Under the pieces are notes generated by a model. It saw only the letters and a program-made list of their open reading frames with translations. It was not told where the DNA came from and searched no databases. From the NCBI GenBank assembly GCA_964247055.1, contig OZ176050.1, positions 7,378,001 through 7,442,000 of the forward strand: a stretch of 64,000 nt of DNA, given 5' to 3'. Positions within the stretch are counted from its first letter, which is position 1. Every line of letters starts with the position of its first letter. This DNA is from Paragordius varius (Eukaryota > Animalia > Nematomorpha). Shown piece by piece: positions 50,761 through 64,000 of this stretch. The position numbers and the translations under genes were made by a program.

Positions 50761-53700
50761 TAAACTCATTTCTGGTCTTTAATTTGACACATTGTCTATT
50801 TTAGATCCAAATATGTCCTAAAGTTATTAAAAGTTAAAAAGTCAATTACATAATCATCAAACCAATGAAGTTCCCTAATTTGGCTTTAAAAAATATATAT
50901 GCTTGTTTTGAATTGGTTATTTTTTGTTTGTTATAATCTTTAAGATAACATAAATTGAATTATTTTTGATACAATAAAATTTTTTAGCATTATCGAAATC
51001 GTCAAAAATTAATACTATACTTAGTGTTTTATTAATAATAACTCTAATCGGACTCTGGCTATATTGTTGGTGCGACTAATTTGTCTCCATTTTATATCTA
51101 TTTCGCTTTTTTATATTATTTAATTATCCATTAATAATTAATAATAAATAATTGAAATTACCTTTTTACTATATATATATATATATATAATCAGATTTAC
51201 TTTTTATCTATATACTCAATATGCATGCCGTCATAATTATATTATTATTAATAAACACTTAGTAGACAACAGTTTAGATGATTTAAAATTTGTTTATTTT
51301 GCGGCAAATTACAATAGAATATTGAAAAAGTTGGTTTCTTTGATCTATATTGATTTTATTTTTAATTGACAGGTAGAGATAAATTCAAGATATACTTATG
51401 ATTGTTATCAATATGATTAAAATTTTTTTGATAGATCTATCTATTAATCGCTTTTGAAAAAAAAGAAACAGTCTTAAATTATAACCTTCTTGACAATAAA
51501 TAGTTTCGTCATAATTTGGTTTTTTCTTAAAATTTATGTGCAGAAAACTATATTAACCTTTAAATCAATATTTTTAAAATAAATCATTATTACATGTACA
51601 ATATGAATATTATGTAAAACGTGTGAATAGGCTAATAAACTATATAATATATAAATTTTGACTTTTATCTGCACAATTAATTATAAATTTTTCTTATAAT
51701 TTTTATATTAACATGATTGATGATATTGAAGTTAACAGTTTGTGATTGATTCTTTGAAGTGATTAAATTATTCCGATGAATATATATTTATTATAAATTT
51801 AAATATTTCAAAATATAAAATAAGACTCATTATCATAAAGGATCAATTATATTTGCCACAAATTTAAATCTAAAACTGACTATCTCAAAATATTGTAAAA
51901 ATATTTGACTTTACAAAAATAAAATTTATAATGTAATATTAAAAATAATTTTAATATTATATGTATCTTTATGTATAGTGTCACCAATATTGATTGGAAA
52001 AAACAAGTCAAATGTTTTAATATAAAAAAATGTAGAAAAATAACAATGAAAAAGATTGGCGCCTTATACTTAACATTAAATAGTTTGGGTTTAAGCTATT
52101 TCAAAAAGTGGCTATTATCTTAAATTCTACAAATGTGTTTTAAGGCGCCATATATTTCAGATATTTTATCATCTTTGAAAGAATGATGGTTGAATGAAGA
52201 TAATTTGTAATTTAAATTTAAATGATATATTGAGGTCTATTAAAATATGTTAAGCTTATATTTAGACATCTCTAATAAATTTCTAGTATCAATTATGATT
52301 ATAATTTATTATTTATCCATTATCTTTTAGACAGATAGTTTTAAAAGGGGATTCGCACAATTTGAATAAACCGATTATCCAAAACAAATGATAAGAAAGC
52401 GTGACACATAACGAAATTCTTGTCTCCTTTTTGCAATTTTTACTGAGACGTGCTCAAAGTTAATTAAAATTTGAGTTTATGCAAAACTATAAATTATACT
52501 AGATGTTTAAATTGGATATATTCCGTTAATTTAGGTGGATTTAACAACTTTTTCTAAATATGATGCCTATATCTAAAATTCCATTAATTTACATTTTATT
52601 TTTACGTTATTTTACGACGATTTCCACATCGTTTCCTTACAAACCCCTGTCGTTACCGAAATTTTCTGAAATACAGTTTTTAAAAACGGGTTTTTACAAT
52701 TTTTATATGTTATTAGGTCGTAATAATTAAATATGAACTTTAGTGTCCCATCCATTTTCTATGTTGATCGCATTTGCTTAAAAAAGTCAATTTTTAGAAA
52801 AACATAGATTTTTTTCAGTTTCATCGGGATACTTTTATAAAGTCGACGATGAGATTCACACATTGGAAAAATACTTAGAGCTATAAATAAAAGCTAAGTT
52901 TAATGGATATTAAAAGGACATAAAAAGGAATTTAATCAAGTATTGACTTTATTTTTGATACACGATACAATAATTGCAAACAAGTTCAGCAATGATAAAT
53001 ATAGCAAATGGTTTTGATATGTACTGCTAATAACTTTCAAATACTATGGGCGTACATGTAAACTTTCAATTTTTATAAATTGTCCGGGAATATTACACGT
53101 TTTGGTTAAGTGTTTCTTTATGCACATTAAAAATATATTTTTCTATTAATTAGTAATTGAATGTTTTCTACCTTTCAGTTTCAGCCTTTTAATCTTTGTC
53201 CCTTTTTTGGTTGTAAAAGCTCACCCTTAAACCTTTCTGGCAAATACTATATCAACCAGATAATTCTCAAAATTTAAAACGCTTCCATATGTAATAAGTA
53301 CACCTCTTATTACTAAGTATCATATTGTCGTTATAAAAATTAATCGGTGCAAAACATTAATGTTAAAAATTTACCTTGTCCTAAAACCAAAGCGCATATG
53401 TGTGACATGTATAAAAATGCAAATTATATTATAATTAGCCAGCAGAAGAATATAAATTTGGTTGGATAAATATTGCGTTGTCGTCTACACAATAAATAAT
53501 TTAGAAAAAACCATTTTACCTGCCATATGTAGCACATAACTACTTTCTACTTAAAAGACTCTAACGTTAAACGAAATGGTAATTGGGCTTAATATGGAAA
53601 GAGAGAGAGAGATAATTACCTATTTTATTTATATTATTATAACACCACACATGTTTCGTTAACATACTCAAATAAAAGGTGTGTATAAATAAATAAATAA

Positions 53701-56162
53701 AAAAATTTTCCAAAAGAATTTTAATTGCGTCTCCAAAATTGTTTTATATATATGAATACTACATACACCTCTCGAAAAGATACGCTAATTTTGTATCATC
53801 CTAACAATACACAATAATAATAATATAATCCAATTATATAAAAATAGTTAAAAAATATTATTTCTTCCATATCACCAGCAATATGACAATAGCACTCCAA
53901 AGACCTTTTGGTATTTAACACACATCTCACGACGACACTCTATATATCTAATAACAAAAATATTATTCATTATACATAGATATATATAAATATGAATAAT
54001 AATTGTTTAGCAAAGAGTCTCATATTTTTGGCTGCACAGTAGCGTATGGTATATAACAAAGTTTGTCCATAATTAAGTGCTTATTTAATGTTTGTAGTTA
54101 GGAAAAAATAGTTTAAATAACCATTAGGTGTTTTTATACATACGCTATTGTAATTTTTATAAAGAAAAATTAGCAAAAATATAATTTAATTCTCTTTTTA
54201 TTAATTTCTATTCCCTTAAATCAAAATGTTTTTGGTTATTATTTAATTAGTTTTTTTATGAAAAATAGTTTTAAAATGTATTTAATGACATTGGAATCTA
54301 TCTGATTTAGTTTTAAAAAAATCTTGTTAACTTTGCTTTAATAAGACACTTTTTAAATAGTAATTCTACTTTTTTCTAATGTAATACCCAATTCGTAATT
54401 TTATTTCACGCAAAAATATGGGATGACAGATAACCGTGTGTCGACACAATTCTGCGTCAATTTGCATACAAAATATATATTATTATTATATGTAGGATGA
54501 CAAATATTTTAAGCAAGTTTAGGTTACTCATTCATTATATTACATTGTTATGGGTTTGGCAGCAAACAAAAACAACGGAAATATATTATATATCAAAATA
54601 CAATATGCTATTGCCCATTTTTTCATACAAAAATGTTTAAAATTATTACAGCCTTTGAATTATTTTAGGAACACCAAAAAAATAAAAATAGGGGAATAAG
54701 ATAAACTTTTTTTAAAAAAAAGATGCTAAGAATTTAATCAAACCCTCCCTCATCCAAATCAATGATTTGAAATAATAAAAATAACTGTCACTATTGTCAC
54801 AAGAAAATCGAATATAAAACATAGTTATTTTTATTGCAACAAAATATATCATTGCAAGTCGAAATAACCAATTTAATATCATTTTGTTGAAGAGTGTTTT
54901 TGATTAATTAGTGTTTAAGTTTCGATAATTTGTATTATATGCACTCAAATGATAGAAATCTATGGGTAATTTCCATCACCACTTTCCCTCAAAACTTAAT
55001 TCACTATGAATTAAAATTATACAGACAAAACGTAAAAACAAAAGGACAAAAATTTTTAAACCTTGTTTTTTTTTCAAATATAACTTGTAAAATTGGAAAA
55101 GTAATTTGATAACTGACGCAATTTTTTATTTCAATATTATGTAAGAATCAATGCTCAAATAGGTATGGTTGTTACTTTAAAATAAATATTTGTCTTTTAG
55201 TTTTTACATTCTGTCTGCTCAATTTTAATTTTTACTGTGGTAAATATTACAGGAAAAATAATAACAAGCCTAACAGTGGAACTATTTATGATGGCAATCA
55301 GTCAGGTAATAAAAAAGTAAATACAGCCAGAATTCATTTTAATAAGCTTAATCAACAAAAAATCACATTTTTGAATTCGAATATTTTGTGAACTAGATTT
55401 ATTCAGCAGAAAAATGCAAGATAGTTTTTGGTACGAATAAAAAATCGCGTGAAAAGTTTCCCTTATCGACTGACTAACGGACTATACGATAAAAAATGCA
55501 CGGCTTCGTTGCTTTTGTTACTCTCTTAAACTGAAGATCATTGTAACAACTGATAACCACGAATAAATTTAAAAGAACACATACAAAAAATGACAAAATG
55601 AAATTAATCAATTTCGTGTAGAATGATATAAATGTCGTTTATTTTATATATTAGTTTAAGTTATCAAATATAAAATTAACTTAATTTGATTCTATCGCAA
55701 TATTTGGATAATTCTAACCAATGGAAAATTTGTTTATAGCGAAACTATAATGTTAATTGACTTATTTTTCCAAATTAATATTAAAATGTTAAATATTATT
55801 ATTTATCACCTTATTACTTTAAATAATAATTGTTTCAATAAAACACTCCCAGAAATTCAACAAAACTGTGAAAAATCTAATTCTTTATAGAGAAAAAATT
55901 TCATATAAATAATATTATCGGAAATCAACCAAACAAAATTTTCAAAACCATCAGATGTATTTATAAAAAATTTAAAATATTTCGATTACATTATAAACAA
56001 ATTTTCGCAAAATAGTTAAAACTGTGGTTACAAATTATATGTTTCTATATAAAACGTAATTAACCAATCTTACTATTCATCATTATTAATGTGAAACTTT
56101 AAAAAATATTGTTCAAAAATTAAATAATAATGTAATAAAAATAATATACAGTTTAAAGTCTC

Positions 56163-56331
56163 TTTTTTCCTTTTTTTATTAAAGAGTAAGGACTTAAATT
56201 GTATCCGGACATGTGAAGGCTTTAACACTCGCCTGCCCAGGGCCGACCGTGATGATGGAAAAATTGCGTAGTTTCGGGGTGCGAACGCTGGTACGCAGTG
56301 TAAGAGTCCGGCGTCCTACCTACTATACCAT
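56163..56331 (-). mobile_element. tRNA-derived SINE, copy 2
   Basis: Aligns with 4776-4942 over about 165 bp (GGACATGTGAAGGCTTTAACACTCGCCTGCCCAGGG...GGTACGCAGTGTAAGAGTCCGGCG). The head is shorter by a few bases. Confidence 0.7.
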
Positions 56332-58921
56332 TAAAATTAAATAAAATTTATTTATTATTAACATCAACACCATTAGTTTATATGTATTAAGCGATAAACG
56401 AATATTTAAAAGTTTTTTGACTAATTAATTTTAAAAGCGGTCACCGTTACTGTATACATATATTAATGGTCAAACCCAGCCCTATTCACACTATTTGCAA
56501 AATTTTAATATATAGAATTTAATCAAAATTAGATCGATTGTTTAACAATTGCAATTTGGCTCATAGATCTTTGAAGAATAAAATAAATCTTATATTTTTA
56601 AAATACAAAACCCTAATTCAAGTAAATCGGCCATTATATTAAATTTGTATTCGCCGGGATGGATTCACTTAAAATTAATATAATCAAAAATTAATTTATT
56701 AGAATGCATGCCCTACTTACAATTTTTGATGTACACTCTGTAGGTATTGTCAATTTAGTAAGTTCCAGTAAAGTTAAATTAACATTAACAAGTAGGCAGT
56801 TTCGGTATTTTATGAGATTATTCCTTTTTATTAGTTTGATTTTTTTAATTGTCCAAAAAAAGTGTTCAATTAAATATCAAATAAAATGATTCATATACAT
56901 GGCAACGATATGTAAATTAAAAACCGTTTAATCCAATTCAAATAAAAAATGGCCAATAATAGCTCTGGTTATTATCTAACAATCAAACTTCAAATTTTTT
57001 AACAGAATACAAAATTTATCAGAAGGAACTGAGCGTAGACATTTTTAATAATTTGAATTTAATACCATGCACCATAAATAACATCTTAATCGCAATAATT
57101 TTCATTTAAAGCATTTAAATTTGTCATTTTAGACACTTCCGTTTTTAAGCGTTTTACACAACTAATAAGATTAATTATTTGCTAAAAAAACCCATTAAAC
57201 AGGCTCCAAAAAAGTGTAAAATATATTTTTTGTACTCCTCTCTCACACTTTCGCAATTCAATTTTTAAACAAATTTTTCATTTATATAGTATAAAAAAAA
57301 TGCATAACCCCTTGAAATTGCAAACACATTAACATATTGTTATGTAATATTAATGGAAACAAAAAAAATTATTTTATAAACCAGTCAGTACTGATTAACC
57401 ACACATATCAAAAAAATAATGATACACATAAACGCACAAAAATTTATTATGTCGCCAAATTTCTTTAACAAATAAAAAAATTATGTATTGTATTTTTCTT
57501 TACAATTACTAAAGGTACATATGTATACATTTCTAGTTTTTGAAATTTAAACTTTACCAATTAATTTGTTACTGCATGATCTCGAATATTTTGGGTTTAA
57601 AACCTATAGTTTGTAACAATTAGTAATGTATGAAAAAAAGTTTAATTAATTTATAACTTTAATTTTAAATTACACAATACAATTACGGTGAGAAAAGATA
57701 GTCACATAAAAGAGTAGTATTTGCACACAAACCTTTTAACATTGTAGTCGGTGTGTCGTATTTTGACAGCACAGAGTGTTTATTATACAATTGTTAAATA
57801 TCTATACAACTTATAATTAGATATGTTTATATTTTTATTTTATACACATTACTTCTAAATTTATTTACCTTCTCAAAGCTTTTGACCTAAAAAACCAATC
57901 GAAATTCATATTTTATTAATTTTATATCATATTTATAACATGCCCAAACTTTTATTTTGGCTAATATCGTATTTTATGTGGTTAAATGCAAATTTCTTTA
58001 TCTAGTTCTGTGTCCAGCCACTTATGTATATATATTCAATCGATTTAAAAATATATTTTTATTTTAATCAACATAATAGACACGTTATAGAATCGAATTA
58101 TGTGCATATAACCACCAATTGTTTTAAAATAGTTTCTTAATCATTTCCAAATTACAATTAATTAACTACATTTTAATTAATTTAAAACTATCGTTTGAAA
58201 TAAAAGTATTGTTTCAAAATATTATTTAGTTTCATTTAAAACATACGATAAAAAAATCATACAATTCGAATTTGTTTTTAACATATTTTTACAATCGCGC
58301 CTCTAAAATTCCAATTATTCGAAAATTTATTATGTAATTCGTATAAAACTTATATTAAATAAAAGATTCGTTTCATATTAGATTTAACAAATCAATCATC
58401 ACACATCTTTCTTGTGACAATTATATCGATATATTAATAATAAATATTAGAATCTTATTATCTTCATATTATTTATTATATTATCTCATTGTTATAACAA
58501 ATTATTTTCCGATTAAAATAATTTTTTAATAATATTTTTTTATCAAATTTTCCCATCCTGATGTTATTTGATCCCAATAGCTTAGTTTTAGCTTAAAATT
58601 CATATTTCGCATTTGATTATATTCAAACAAATGATGAATAATAATTATATGAAGAAAGAGATAAATGGAAATTATCAATTAATCAAAATATATGTAATAA
58701 AACTTTTTTTAAAAAGATAATAATAATAATATTTTTGCATATATTTGCCACCAATCAATGTTTTAACATAATCTATTATATGTTTGTGATAGCTTAATAA
58801 TGTATATTATATAAAATGTCACATTTTAATTAAAACAATATGTTTGAAACAAATTATTGTTACATAAAAAATTCGGCAGTACAAATTTGCTTGTCTATGA
58901 TTATAGTAGTGTAGCCGCAAA

Positions 58922-61900
58922 ATGAAATCCAAAAATAATAACTCACTTACCTCATTTGGAATCAGTGATATACTCAATGGGCCAGCAGCTGTTAATCAAT
59001 CCAGTTCGGATAGTTTATTACCTAAAAGCTGCTCTAAAACCATAGCCGAATCCACAAAAACGGATAAAAATTCTAATCTTACCCAACAAATTTTATATGG
59101 CTCCGATGAGGCAAGATTAAATTTTTTTGCCCATCCGACAATCACTAAAGAGGGTGTAATGACTGATTCTTTCACGGGTTGTTTGTCAGATTTATATCCA
59201 TACTTTTTTCATTATAACATGCTGCACCGATTGTACAATAATGAGATGAATAAAATATTGAACAACAAATCGGACGAAACGAATATAACCGATTTTTATA
59301 CATATATAGCGGGCGTTTCAGCCTTGTTGTCTCAGAATAATCTTGCTAATGTCGGAGACTTCTTTTTAAACACAAATAAGGAAAGATCCAAACAAAATTG
59401 TCCACCAACAAGCAAAGAAAAAATAGCGTGCGATGTGCTTAATAAAGGAATTGTAGAAAAATGTACTCCTTCAACAGATTCAATAACATCAGTTTCAAAT
59501 GCAACAATACCTAATAATAGTTTTTCAACGCCTTTCTGCAACATTAACACATCTAGCAAAACAACAAATTATCATGATTCACAATGTAGAACCGATACTC
59601 ATAACAAATTTATTACCAGTAATCCCTTCTGTAATTTAGGAGGCTTAGGCGCCAATCAGAACGGCGACTTCATCAAATACAATAATACATCTTCCAGTAT
59701 TAATAAAATTGCATTGAATTCTAATACTCATATTATCGATAATGAAAATAGCAATAAAACTAATGATACGGCAGATGCGAAATTGCGATTGCCTGCAAAT
59801 GTAACCGGTTCACATACAACTGATCGTAATTTACTCAATAATTATGAATTCACCAATCTTACTAATATCCTTTATAATAATAATAATTTGGCTAATGCGA
59901 ACAAGAAAACCCCAACATATCAATTATACTGCTGTAATAACAATGGGCCAAAAGCTGAAAATTTTGAATCCTACCAACCGATTAATAACACGAATGCGCA
60001 AAATGAACAAAGAAGTTCAAATAATGTTATACAAGAACAAAAAGGGAACATTATGGTTTCACCAAATTCGGCCTCCAACTATCGTATTCAGGCTAAAAAG
60101 CTCTTTGCAACAAACAAAACTCCGAGAAGTAATGTTTAACCTTTTTTTAACTTTTGAAATATATATCTTTATAACCGTTAACTTATCTCTACATGATAAA
60201 AATTTGTGTATAGTTAAACCATTTTTGGCCGAAATCGATTTGAAAGATCCTGAAACTTTAAGTCGGTTAAGTGTATGCACGCTGAGGAAACATAAAGCAA
60301 ATCGAAAACCTAGAACACCCTTTACTTCAAGCCAGCTTATCTTGTTAGAAAAGAAGTTCAGACAAAAGCAATACCTAACTATAGCAGAGAGGGCCCAATT
60401 TTCTAATGCACTTGAACTCTCAGAAACTCAGGTATATTATTATTACATAAATACCGTTTCCACCCATTTTGTTGCTAATGAAACGCAAAATTAGTTAACG
60501 TGATTGGCAGCTGTCAATTAATATAGCTAACCAATATTTTTTTCAACTAATATTTTAATTATATTTATTTATTAAAATTTATTTGTTAAATATTAATTTG
60601 GTCATCGTATATTGTATCTTTAATGAATTTATTACTTTTTTAATTACATCTAAATATATATTAACATAAAGAAAAAAAAATGTCATTTTTGTCACATCCA
60701 AAATAAGACGCAAAAATAAGGATTTTTTTATAAGAATGTTTTTGTTTGTTTTTCATTTTTTTTCTATGTTACAAATAATGACTTTTAAGTTTTTTTTAAT
60801 TAAATAAATCAGGTAATTACGAAAAAAATTTATAATAGCAAATTATGTTCTTCTATAAATATTATTAAAATTGACCAACAGTCTGATTTGAGACCAAACA
60901 ATTTATTTAATAAATTTCATAAAACTCTGTTTTTGTCATAATTTATATTTTACAATGTTTTTTTTTTCATTGTTTTGAAAAATTATCTTGAAAAAATAAC
61001 GTAATTAAGAAAAAAACTATAAATCTTGTGTACGAAAGGAGGTGATAGATCAAAATATGCAAGGTAAATGAAATAATTATATATCATTGTTTGACACAAG
61101 CTAAAAATAAAATTATACTTTTTTTAAACAAACAAAAATAATAAATATTATTATAAAAAATGTCAAAAACTTGGCAAAATACAGAATATCATATAGCCAT
61201 CATTACAAAAGTCATCCATCCATGTTAAATAAACGGCTAAATTTATAATGTTACCTCACCTATATGATACTCAACTTTTTTTTTAAAATAATTTTATTAA
61301 ATAAATGATAAAATATGAAATGCTAATTATATGCAAAAACTCTTAAGTCTTATATTTTAATTTGGTATACACTTCAATGAAAATTAATAAAGTTTGAAAC
61401 AAAGTGCATACAAAAAAACAAGATGATGTGTTTTTTAAAGAGGCTAGCTTTTACCCCATATTTTATAAATATAAGGTTAGATATCCGTAATAAGTACCAT
61501 TTTCTTTATGATTTGAACAAACGTTTAATTTGTATTTTCTTCTTGTTCAAAGGTTAAAATATGGTTCCAAAATCGTCGAGCCAAACAAAAACGATTAAGG
61601 GAGGCTGAATTGGAACGCTTAGCTAAATTAAAACAAACTTCAGGGAAGACGACCAAAGATTGTATGATACAAAATGCTATTCATCAGGAACATGATACCA
61701 GCACCAATACCATAATTTCGGAAGAGTTGTTAATAGATGGCTCAAATATTTCTGACTCCAATGATGATAGTAGACTTGAGATTTTGTCAACCAGCGCTGA
61801 TATCATTGAAGTTGAGTCATGTGATAACAATGATGACCCCGAGATAAAAACAACTAGCAAATTAGATTATCATTCAACTACAACATTTGATTCTTCCAAT

Positions 61901-62098
61901 CCATCTTCGCCGTTAAAAGCAGCGCTTTCACCTCTAAACAAAAGTCAACTTCGTTTCGATGATAATGGCAATAAATTTAAAGATAATAATGAATTTAAAA
62001 CTAGAGATGTGGACAACAACTTAACTACAAAATTTAGGGGGGACCCTGTGAATTGTACCTATCATCCCAATATATTTTTGATGAAACATTACTCATAG
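58922..62098 (+). CDS. Msx: Msx/Drop (muscle segment homeobox) transcription factor, ~656 aa, 3 exons
   Basis: join(58922-60128, 60214-60431, 61553-62098) = 1971 nt, with introns of 85 and 1121 nt. It has an N-terminal eh1 motif (SFGISDIL), the Msx-diagnostic [21 protein letters not shown], a homeodomain split at ETQ|[11 protein letters not shown], and the C-terminal extension [11 protein letters not shown]. Confidence 0.95.
60501..60520. promoter_or_regulatory. Candidate TALE (Pbx/Meis/Prep/TGIF) binding palindrome in Msx intron 2
   Basis: TGATTGGCAGCTGTCAATTA is two tail-to-tail near-matches to TGATTGACAG around a TG(G/A)CAGCTGTCA core. Motif match only. Confidence 0.3.
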
Positions 62099-62689
62099 AT
62101 ATTTATGTTACTATATATATGTATGTATATACGTTAAATTAACTTGGGCTTAAAATTTAGTTAATAATATATTAATTAATAAAGTATGTATAGCTTTTAA
62201 GATAAATGTAATTTTGTATTGCATATCATATGATTTTATAATGCACACTGATTCTTTCTTCATTTATATTATGTATATATTTAAATTTACATGTGTGATT
62301 CATACCAAAAGTGCCAATAAATTTATTTTTTCAAAATTTATAAAATTATCTAACCTTCTCATTTTTTGAAGATTGGATGGCAATGTTAAGCAGCCCTCAA
62401 TTTAATCAAGTTAATAATTATTTCACCTTTAAAATGGATCCTAAACATTATAAGAAGGGGTGTTCAACTTAAATTGCTTGGGCCGCATTTTTGATTTAAA
62501 AACCGGCCACATTCGAAAAATATGCATTAATAAATATTTTATTAGATCCTACACACAAAACTATAAAATAATTACTATCTATATCATTAATTGCTAGTTT
62601 TTTGTCGATTGGTGAGACTTATTTGGAAGATTTGTTTGATGATGATGGGTATCTTTTAGTTTGATGCAAATACTAGGACAGTTGAGACA

Positions 62690-63060
62690 GACCATAGCGT
62701 TCTGTTTATACAAATCGTGCAATTGATGGATATGTGCCGCATTTTTTAGATCTGATCTAAATAGCGCAATAGGCCTTCCGCGTTTTCTACCCCTTCTACT
62801 GGGCCTAACATGGTCGCTTCTATGTTATCGGCTCTGATCACGTAACCTGGTGCGTGTGTATTTTTTGAGATAGGCTTAATGAACTCTGGTATTTTAAGAT
62901 ATGTTAGCAAATTCGCCTGTTTAAGAAATAACAAATTCGTCTTTTCTCGGGTCGCACATAATACTCGGCGAATCACGGGCACCCTGTTTATTTTACATGT
63001 AAGTTTAATGGTTAAAATTTGTTTTTTAATTTCAGTTACAGACTTTAAAACAGACGACAC
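62690..63060 (-). mobile_element. Probable decayed LTR-retrotransposon gag/protease fragment
   Basis: ORF 62746-63060 contains NLLFLKQANLL...YVIRADNIEATMLGPV, resembling the C-terminal half of retropepsin-like proteases. No intact catalytic DTG is seen. Confidence 0.3.
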
Positions 63061-64000
63061 TGTTTAAACAAGTACCGATAACTTTCTGGTATATCTGATC
63101 CAATTTTATTTTCTCCTAATAATGATCTAAAGCAAAACCACGTGAACTTTCAAAAAATCATTTAGTTTGCTTTTAAGTCACAATGACACATAATTTTTTT
63201 AATTTTAGATTGATAATATTACTAAAGAAATCTTATTAAAGGGTCATAATGCGGATATTGAGTCTTTCATCCATGATTATATGAGAGACAGTCCTCCGTG
63301 GGAAAGTTAAGAATTAAATATGTAATATTTTTTACCCTAAAAACTTAAAAACACGTTTGTTTTCGTGGGACCAAAATTTACAGTTCAAATTTAAAATTAA
63401 ATTTTTAAAAATGTTTGAACGGTTATATAAATGTGTTATAACGTCTTATATCTACACATTTGATTTTTTTGTTTTAAAATTTATAATTTTGATTACCTAT
63501 TGAGCATCTCTTTACCAATAAAGACGATATACATTAAAGAAAAAAATTCAGTCTAACAACTGTCAAATAATATTTTACCGCTATATAATATTCTTTTGTT
63601 TTAAATTTTATTATTAAAATTCAATAATCCCTAGCTTGTCATTTTATATATTGTAGAAATAATAAGATTCAATGATAGAATACTGTTTTAATAATTCCTT
63701 TGATCAATCAAAACAAAATTATTGTACTTACTATTTTTATTAATAAAAATATGCCGCTATTAAATGCTAATCGTAAGTTATATTACAAATATGTTTAAAT
63801 TAAAATTTATATTTTTATTTATATTTTTATTTTAATTAAATATATTATCATAATGTAATTGGAACAATGCATAATTAAAAAAATTATAGCTTTATAATGT
63901 TTTAAAAACAATGACCGTTAGATATTATTAATTAACACAAATTATATTATATTAAATCAATTAAAATTTTAAAAATTTACACTTCAAAGTTGTTCAAAGT

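Noticed and set aside
53230-53410. Possible fourth family member (MSHICALVLGQ|V...) on the minus strand
   Set aside because: The signal segment is too short, and the next exon lacks the TG start, the Val/Gly/Pro composition and the basic tail.
44760-58900. Other NK-cluster homeobox genes next to Msx
   Set aside because: No second homeodomain was seen anywhere in the window. Absence on one side within 59 kb is not informative about cluster integrity.

Overview
AT-rich metazoan nuclear DNA; the taxon cannot be assigned from sequence alone. Eight spliced protein-coding genes can be built by hand: NDUFB11 (-), RPL41 (+), three paralogous uncharacterised secreted proteins (+, -, +), DDRGK1 (-), a two-finger KLF-like zinc-finger gene (+, 5' end unresolved) and the homeobox gene Msx (+). 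NDUFB11, RPL41 and all three signal-peptide exons are absent from the ORF track. The most striking observation is five GT-AG introns of only 23-25 nt in NDUFB11 and DDRGK1. Their removal is needed to restore frame and/or colinearity with known orthologues, and they coexist with 1-1.7 kb introns. The second is a three-member family with a signal peptide, a Val/Gly/Pro-rich block and an acid-free Arg/Lys-rich tail. The rest is intergenic DNA rich in MITEs (hAT, CACTA-ended, foldback), a tRNA-derived SINE, and decayed mariner and Gypsy remnants. Orthology calls rest on recalled family sequences; no database search was run.
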